From Candidatus Omnitrophota bacterium (GTDB taxonomy: Bacteria > Omnitrophota > Gorgyraeia > Zapsychrales > JAHFFX01), in NCBI GenBank assembly GCA_023247705.1, contig JAHFFY010000005.1, positions 1 to 48,223 of the forward strand: a DNA stretch of 48,223 nucleotides, read 5' to 3'. The notes beneath the pieces were generated by a model that was not told the DNA's origin, made no database searches, and worked only from the letters and a program-made list of their open reading frames with translations. The translations under genes and the position numbers were made by a program. Positions 44,603-48,223 of this stretch are shown in pieces; positions within the stretch are counted from its first letter, which is position 1; each line of letters opens with the position of its first letter.

Positions 44603-44691
44603 TAGTACTTTGTCAAACCCATTTTTAATAGTTGATCCCTCTATACTTTGAAGGAAATCAACTATTAAAAACAAAATTGACAAAGTACTAG
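44603..44691. mobile_element. MITE-like palindromic element, copy D (minimal ~88-bp form)
   Basis: TAGTACTTTGTCAAA...ATTGACAAAGTACTA outer arms (14 of 15). Perfect 15-nt inner arms TTTTTAATAGTTGAT / ATCAACTATTAAAAA around a 20-nt loop. Confidence 0.6.
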
Positions 44692-44736
44692 GACAATAAA
44701 CGAAGAGTTATCCTCCCTAAAAAAAGGGCATCGGTC

Positions 44737-45702
44737 ATGGCGATCAAGATCTATAAGGCGAACGGGTTTGGTATCATCACCGGGTTATTTTACGGGATTT
44801 GCTTGCGATTGATTATAGGGGGGAAGTCTTCGGATCTTTTTTCTATCATGTCGGTCGGATTTGTATTTTTGGTCCCGCTGGTTTTAGGTGTTTTGACCGT
44901 GGCCTTTGCCACGAATTCAACTTGGGCTTATTGTATCTTCGCCCCTTGGATTCCAATTTTATTGTTCGTTTTGGCGACGGCCGTATTCGGTCTCGAGGGG
45001 GTCATTTGTATTGTCATGGCCCTGCCGGTTTTTTTATTCATGGCGAGTCTCGGGGGGGTGCTGACCAAAATTTTTTCAGGATTCAAAAAAACAACACGCG
45101 TCGGCCTTTTTACCGGATTTTTATTTTTGCCTTTGATTTCTTCGGCGATCGAAAGTCAATTTGCCCTTCCTCTATCGCAACGTACCGTCCCAACTGAAAT
45201 CATCATCAACGCCTCACCGGGTGTTGTCTGGAAAAATATTATTCGCATCCCCCACATCCAACCGCAGGAACATCATGACAGTTTTTTTCACCTGATGGGT
45301 TTTCCTAAACCTGTGGAAGCCACACTCTCGCATGAAGGCATCGGCGGTGTGCGGCACGCTTCTTTTGAAAAAGGGCTTTTGTTTATCGAAACGATTCAGG
45401 AATGGCAAGAGCAAAAAAAAATTGTTTTTTCGATCAAAGCAAACACCGAATCCATTCCCCCGACCACCCTGGATGAACATGTCACCATCGGCGGCGCTTA
45501 CTTTGATATGCTGCAGGGCGCTTATGAGATTGAAGCGCTTGCCCCGAACCAGGTGCGCCTGCATTTAAGCAGCACGCAACGATTATCGACCCGATTCAAT
45601 GCCTACACGGCGATCTGGACTGAGGCGATTATGCGGGACATTCAGGATTATATCTTGGTCATCATAAAAAATCGTTGCGAATCTTCTGTCTCAAAAATTT
45701 GA
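44737..45702 (+). CDS. membrane protein with C-terminal SRPBCC-like domain
   Basis: N-terminal ~135 aa with four hydrophobic segments. The C-terminal part (INASPGVVWKNIIRIPHI...) is START/SRPBCC-like. Weak call. Confidence 0.35.
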   Translation: MAIKIYKANGFGIITGLFYGICLRLIIGGKSSDLFSIMSVGFVFLVPLVLGVLTVAFATNSTWAYCIFAPWIPILLFVLATAVFGLEGVICIVMALPVFLFMASLGGVLTKIFSGFKKTTRVGLFTGFLFLPLISSAIESQFALPLSQRTVPTEIIINASPGVVWKNIIRIPHIQPQEHHDSFFHLMGFPKPVEATLSHEGIGGVRHASFEKGLLFIETIQEWQEQKKIVFSIKANTESIPPTTLDEHVTIGGAYFDMLQGAYEIEALAPNQVRLHLSSTQRLSTRFNAYTAIWTEAIMRDIQDYILVIIKNRCESSVSKI

Positions 45703-45729
45703 ACATATTTTTAACGAAAGGATTCTGAA

Positions 45730-46224
45730 ATGAAGATCCTGGATACCTGGTTAAAAGAAAAGTCCTACAATATAAAAATTTTGTTCATCTTTATGATCAT
45801 GTTTTGTTTTGGCGGTGTCTTTTTCTCGCATGTTTATGCGGAAAGCGGGAAGCATGTGAATGTCGGCTCGAACAAGGTGGCCTTAAGCGGCTATGACACG
45901 GTCGCCTATTTTAAGGAAAATAAGGCGGTCAGCGGCGATCCCCAGTATCAAGCGCAGTGGAAAGGGGTGAAGTGGTATTTTTCTACACCCGGCAATCGGG
46001 ATCTTTTTAAATCCAATCCGCAACACTACGCGCCCCAGTACGACGGCAACTGTGCTTGGTCAGTCGCGCAGGGGAAACTTGCCCACGGCAACCCGATCGT
46101 CTGGAAAATCATTGATGACAAATTGTATCTGAATTTCAACCGTCCCGTGCAGGTGAATTGGGAAAAGGATGCGCGGAGTTTCATCAAAAAAGCCGACGCC
46201 AACTGGCCGGCGCTGGATCATTGA
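45730..46224 (+). CDS. YHS-like domain secreted protein
   Basis: Signal/TM segment, then ALSGYDTVAYF...WKGVKWYFSTPGNRDLFKSNPQHYAPQYDGNCAWSV, typical of the YHS-domain family. Cys, not TGA, at the position that is Sec in some homologs. Confidence 0.6.
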   Translation: MKILDTWLKEKSYNIKILFIFMIMFCFGGVFFSHVYAESGKHVNVGSNKVALSGYDTVAYFKENKAVSGDPQYQAQWKGVKWYFSTPGNRDLFKSNPQHYAPQYDGNCAWSVAQGKLAHGNPIVWKIIDDKLYLNFNRPVQVNWEKDARSFIKKADANWPALDH

Positions 46225-46267
46225 AAGAAACCATTTTTTAAAGTGATTACATCAAGAAGGAGAGGAT

Positions 46268-47320
46268 ATGACAATTAACGAACAAAAACTTAATGAATTC
46301 ATGGGAAAGGTCGTCAACGATATCGGTGCCGCGGCCAGTGCTGTGATGGCGTTAGTCGGCGATCAACTCGGGCTGTATAAAACGCTGGCCAAAAAGTCCA
46401 TGACCACCCAGGAATTGGCCAAGGCCACCAAAACCAGCGAACGTTACGTGCGCGAATGGCTCGGTAATCAGGCCGCCGGCGGTTACGTGCAGTATGACGC
46501 GTCTTCCCAAAAATATTCTTTGACTCCCGAGCAGGCATTGGCCTTGGCGGACGAAGAAAGTCCGGTCTTTGTTCAAGGGGCTTTTCAGGTCATATCGGCG
46601 ATGTTTAAAGCCGAGCCCAAGCTGACCAAAAATTTTAAAACCGGCCAGGGGATGGGGTGGGGGGAACATGATGCCAATTTATTTCACGGGACCGAACGAT
46701 TTTTCCGTCCTAACTACAAAGGTAATTTGATTTCTTCCTGGATCCCCGCGCTGGATGGGGTGCTGGAGAAACTTAAAAAAGGCGCGCTGGTCGCTGATGT
46801 GGGATGCGGATTCGGTTCGTCCACCATTTTAATGGCCGAGGCGTTTCCGAAATCGAAGTTTATCGGTTTTGATTTCCATCCCGAATCCATTGCCATGGCT
46901 AAAAAACGCGCTAAACAAAAAAAATTAACGAAAAATATTTCGTTTGAAGTCGTTAAATCCACGGAATATCCCGGGAAAAATTACGATTTCGTAACCTATT
47001 TCGACTGTCTGCATGATATGGGTGATCCTCAGGGCGCGGCCCGTCATGTTTTGCGTTCACTCAACAAAAACGGGACGTGGATGATCGTTGAGCCGTTTGC
47101 CGGCAACAGTGTTGAGGAAAATTTAAATCCCGTCGGGCGGGTATTTTACGCCGCGTCCACCTGCATCTGTGTCCCAAGTTCGCTAGCCAGCAACGGTCCG
47201 GCTTTAGGTGCACAGGCCGGCGAAAATATTTTGAAGGAATTGATCGTATCCAGCGGGTTCAGCCGTTTTAGACGGGCTACACACACCTCGTTTAATCTGA
47301 TCCTTGAGGCCAGACCTTAA
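46268..47320 (+). CDS. class I SAM-dependent methyltransferase
   Basis: Motif I ADVGCGFGSSTILMAE, post-I FDFH, motif II/III YDFVTYFDCLHDM. N-terminal winged-helix-like dimerisation region. Confidence 0.75.
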   Translation: MTINEQKLNEFMGKVVNDIGAAASAVMALVGDQLGLYKTLAKKSMTTQELAKATKTSERYVREWLGNQAAGGYVQYDASSQKYSLTPEQALALADEESPVFVQGAFQVISAMFKAEPKLTKNFKTGQGMGWGEHDANLFHGTERFFRPNYKGNLISSWIPALDGVLEKLKKGALVADVGCGFGSSTILMAEAFPKSKFIGFDFHPESIAMAKKRAKQKKLTKNISFEVVKSTEYPGKNYDFVTYFDCLHDMGDPQGAARHVLRSLNKNGTWMIVEPFAGNSVEENLNPVGRVFYAASTCICVPSSLASNGPALGAQAGENILKELIVSSGFSRFRRATHTSFNLILEARP

Positions 47321-47329
47321 AAATGAAAT

Positions 47330-47926
47330 ATGCGCCTTGATTTTAAATATATTGTTATTTTTGTTCTGCTTTGTTTTGGAATATATTACTGGTTAGATCA
47401 TCAGCCCATCGCGCATCCTCCGGGCATTGTTGTCGAAGATTCTCCGCAACAGGAACCTCTTGGGGGTGTTAAGCCGTTTAAATTTAAAGAATTCACCATC
47501 ACTCCGGTCGCCCGCTTTAAGATGACAGCCATGGTCTTGAGTTTTCATGCGTATACTTCTGGTCTGGAGAGTCAATTGGTCCCGGTGGATTTGGCGCTGG
47601 GCTGGGGGCAGATGTCGAATCCCGAGGTTTTAAAAAAGATTCAGATCAGTCAGAACAGCCGCTGGTATCATTATACTTATCGATTCCCTCCGCCAATCCC
47701 TCAGTCCGAGATCATCACGCACAGTGGTAATATGCATTTAATCCCCTCTACGGAAGAAATTGAAAATAAAATCAAGCATGTGAAGGTCAGGGAGGTGGTT
47801 CATTTCCAGGGCTATCTTGTCAACGTTGAGGGGAAAAATGGATGGAATTGGAACAGCTCCGTAACCTGGGAAGATAAAAATAATAGAGCATGTGAATTAG
47901 TTTGGGTGGAAGAATTTCGGCGGTAG
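47330..47926 (+). CDS. hypothetical membrane-anchored protein
   Basis: Single N-terminal TM segment (YIVIFVLLCFGIYYWL). No recognisable family. Confidence 0.35.
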   Translation: MRLDFKYIVIFVLLCFGIYYWLDHQPIAHPPGIVVEDSPQQEPLGGVKPFKFKEFTITPVARFKMTAMVLSFHAYTSGLESQLVPVDLALGWGQMSNPEVLKKIQISQNSRWYHYTYRFPPPIPQSEIITHSGNMHLIPSTEEIENKIKHVKVREVVHFQGYLVNVEGKNGWNWNSSVTWEDKNNRACELVWVEEFRR

Positions 47927-47976
47927 AGAGAGGAATAATACGATCGCATGGTTCTGACAGGAATGTAAAATCCGGC

Positions 47977-48223
47977 TTATATGGTGATCCGGTTCACGCG
48001 CAGCCGCCAGAAAAACCGGATCATATCGCGAAACGTTTTCCAAATGACCGGCGGTCGAGAACAGGACGGTTGTCCGTGAAGACGACGTTTCATTTTGGTG
48101 GGGACTTCGACGATCCGGTAGCCTTTGTCGCGGGCCTTGATCAGGATTTCAGCCAGAAAAAATATTCCATTATGCTCAATGGAGATCCCGTTTTCCCCGA
48201 AAATGTCTTTTCGGTAAATCTGG
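47977..48223 (-). CDS. C-terminal fragment of a GT2-family glycosyltransferase (dolichyl-phosphate mannosyltransferase-like); 5' end outside the window
   Basis: Reverse-strand translation from 48222 gives ...GIFFLAEILIKARDKGYRIVEVP..., the usual C-terminal block of GT2 enzymes, ending in TAA at 47979-47977. Not in the track because it lacks a start. Confidence 0.5.
   Translation of the reverse strand, partial: QIYRKDIFGENGISIEHNGIFFLAEILIKARDKGYRIVEVPTKMKRRLHGQPSCSRPPVIWKTFRDMIRFFWRLRVNRITI

Noticed and set aside
5664-44691. Possibility that the recurring ~90-180-bp repeats are a CRISPR array or its remnants.
   Set aside because: The copies are dispersed 10-20 kb apart, occur in both orientations, are internally palindromic and are not separated by regular spacers. 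No cas genes are present.
45730-46224. Selenocysteine recoding in the YHS-domain protein (some homologs are selenoproteins).
   Set aside because: The ORF has no in-frame TGA. The relevant position is a Cys codon (DGNCAWS).
92-48223. Numerous 60-190-aa ORFs in the track lying antisense to or out of frame within larger genes (for example 2232-2807 -, 25712-26197 +, 40268-40942 -, 42376-42903 -, 36063-36464 -, 13999-14319 -).
   Set aside because: Each is fully embedded in a gene with clear family motifs on the other strand or frame. Their translations are low complexity or Arg/Pro-rich, with no recognisable motifs. They are treated as shadow ORFs.

Overview
Densely coding, moderately AT-rich bacterial chromosomal window. 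It has three strand blocks: + for 1-17359, - for 17369-28270 (one small + gene inside), + for 28497-47926, then a partial - gene at the right edge. No rRNA, tRNA or CRISPR array was seen. All family calls come from reading motifs by eye, not from database searches. Most genes are housekeeping. They include an Rrf2-headed assimilatory sulfate reduction operon (Fe-S type cysH, cysD, cysN fused to a degenerate APS-kinase-like domain), fur plus a Fur-like half-protein, surE, an HD-GYP response regulator, gltA, pepA, fumC and a PilZ protein. There is also a conspicuous thiol/Fe-S block: HCF101-type ApbC, CGFS glutaredoxin, two BolA, gshA-gshB::glutaredoxin, a flavoprotein disulfide reductase, and further right a redoxin and MAPEG. 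The best candidate for something new is 32197-35154: two paralogous proteins ending in a CAP12/Pycsar-type TIR-like domain bracket a YcxB-like two-TM protein. The first is translationally coupled to mtaB, and no cyclase or known sensor lies nearby. Other non-obvious signals: (1) a four-copy nested palindromic MITE-like family, with one element inserted into another at a duplicated TA and a copy carrying a GC-rich hairpin cargo; (2) a zinc-ribbon ORF lying in frame directly after the antiporter stop codon with only an ATT as possible start; (3) a second short repeat family flanking dusB; (4) several intergenic hairpin clusters.
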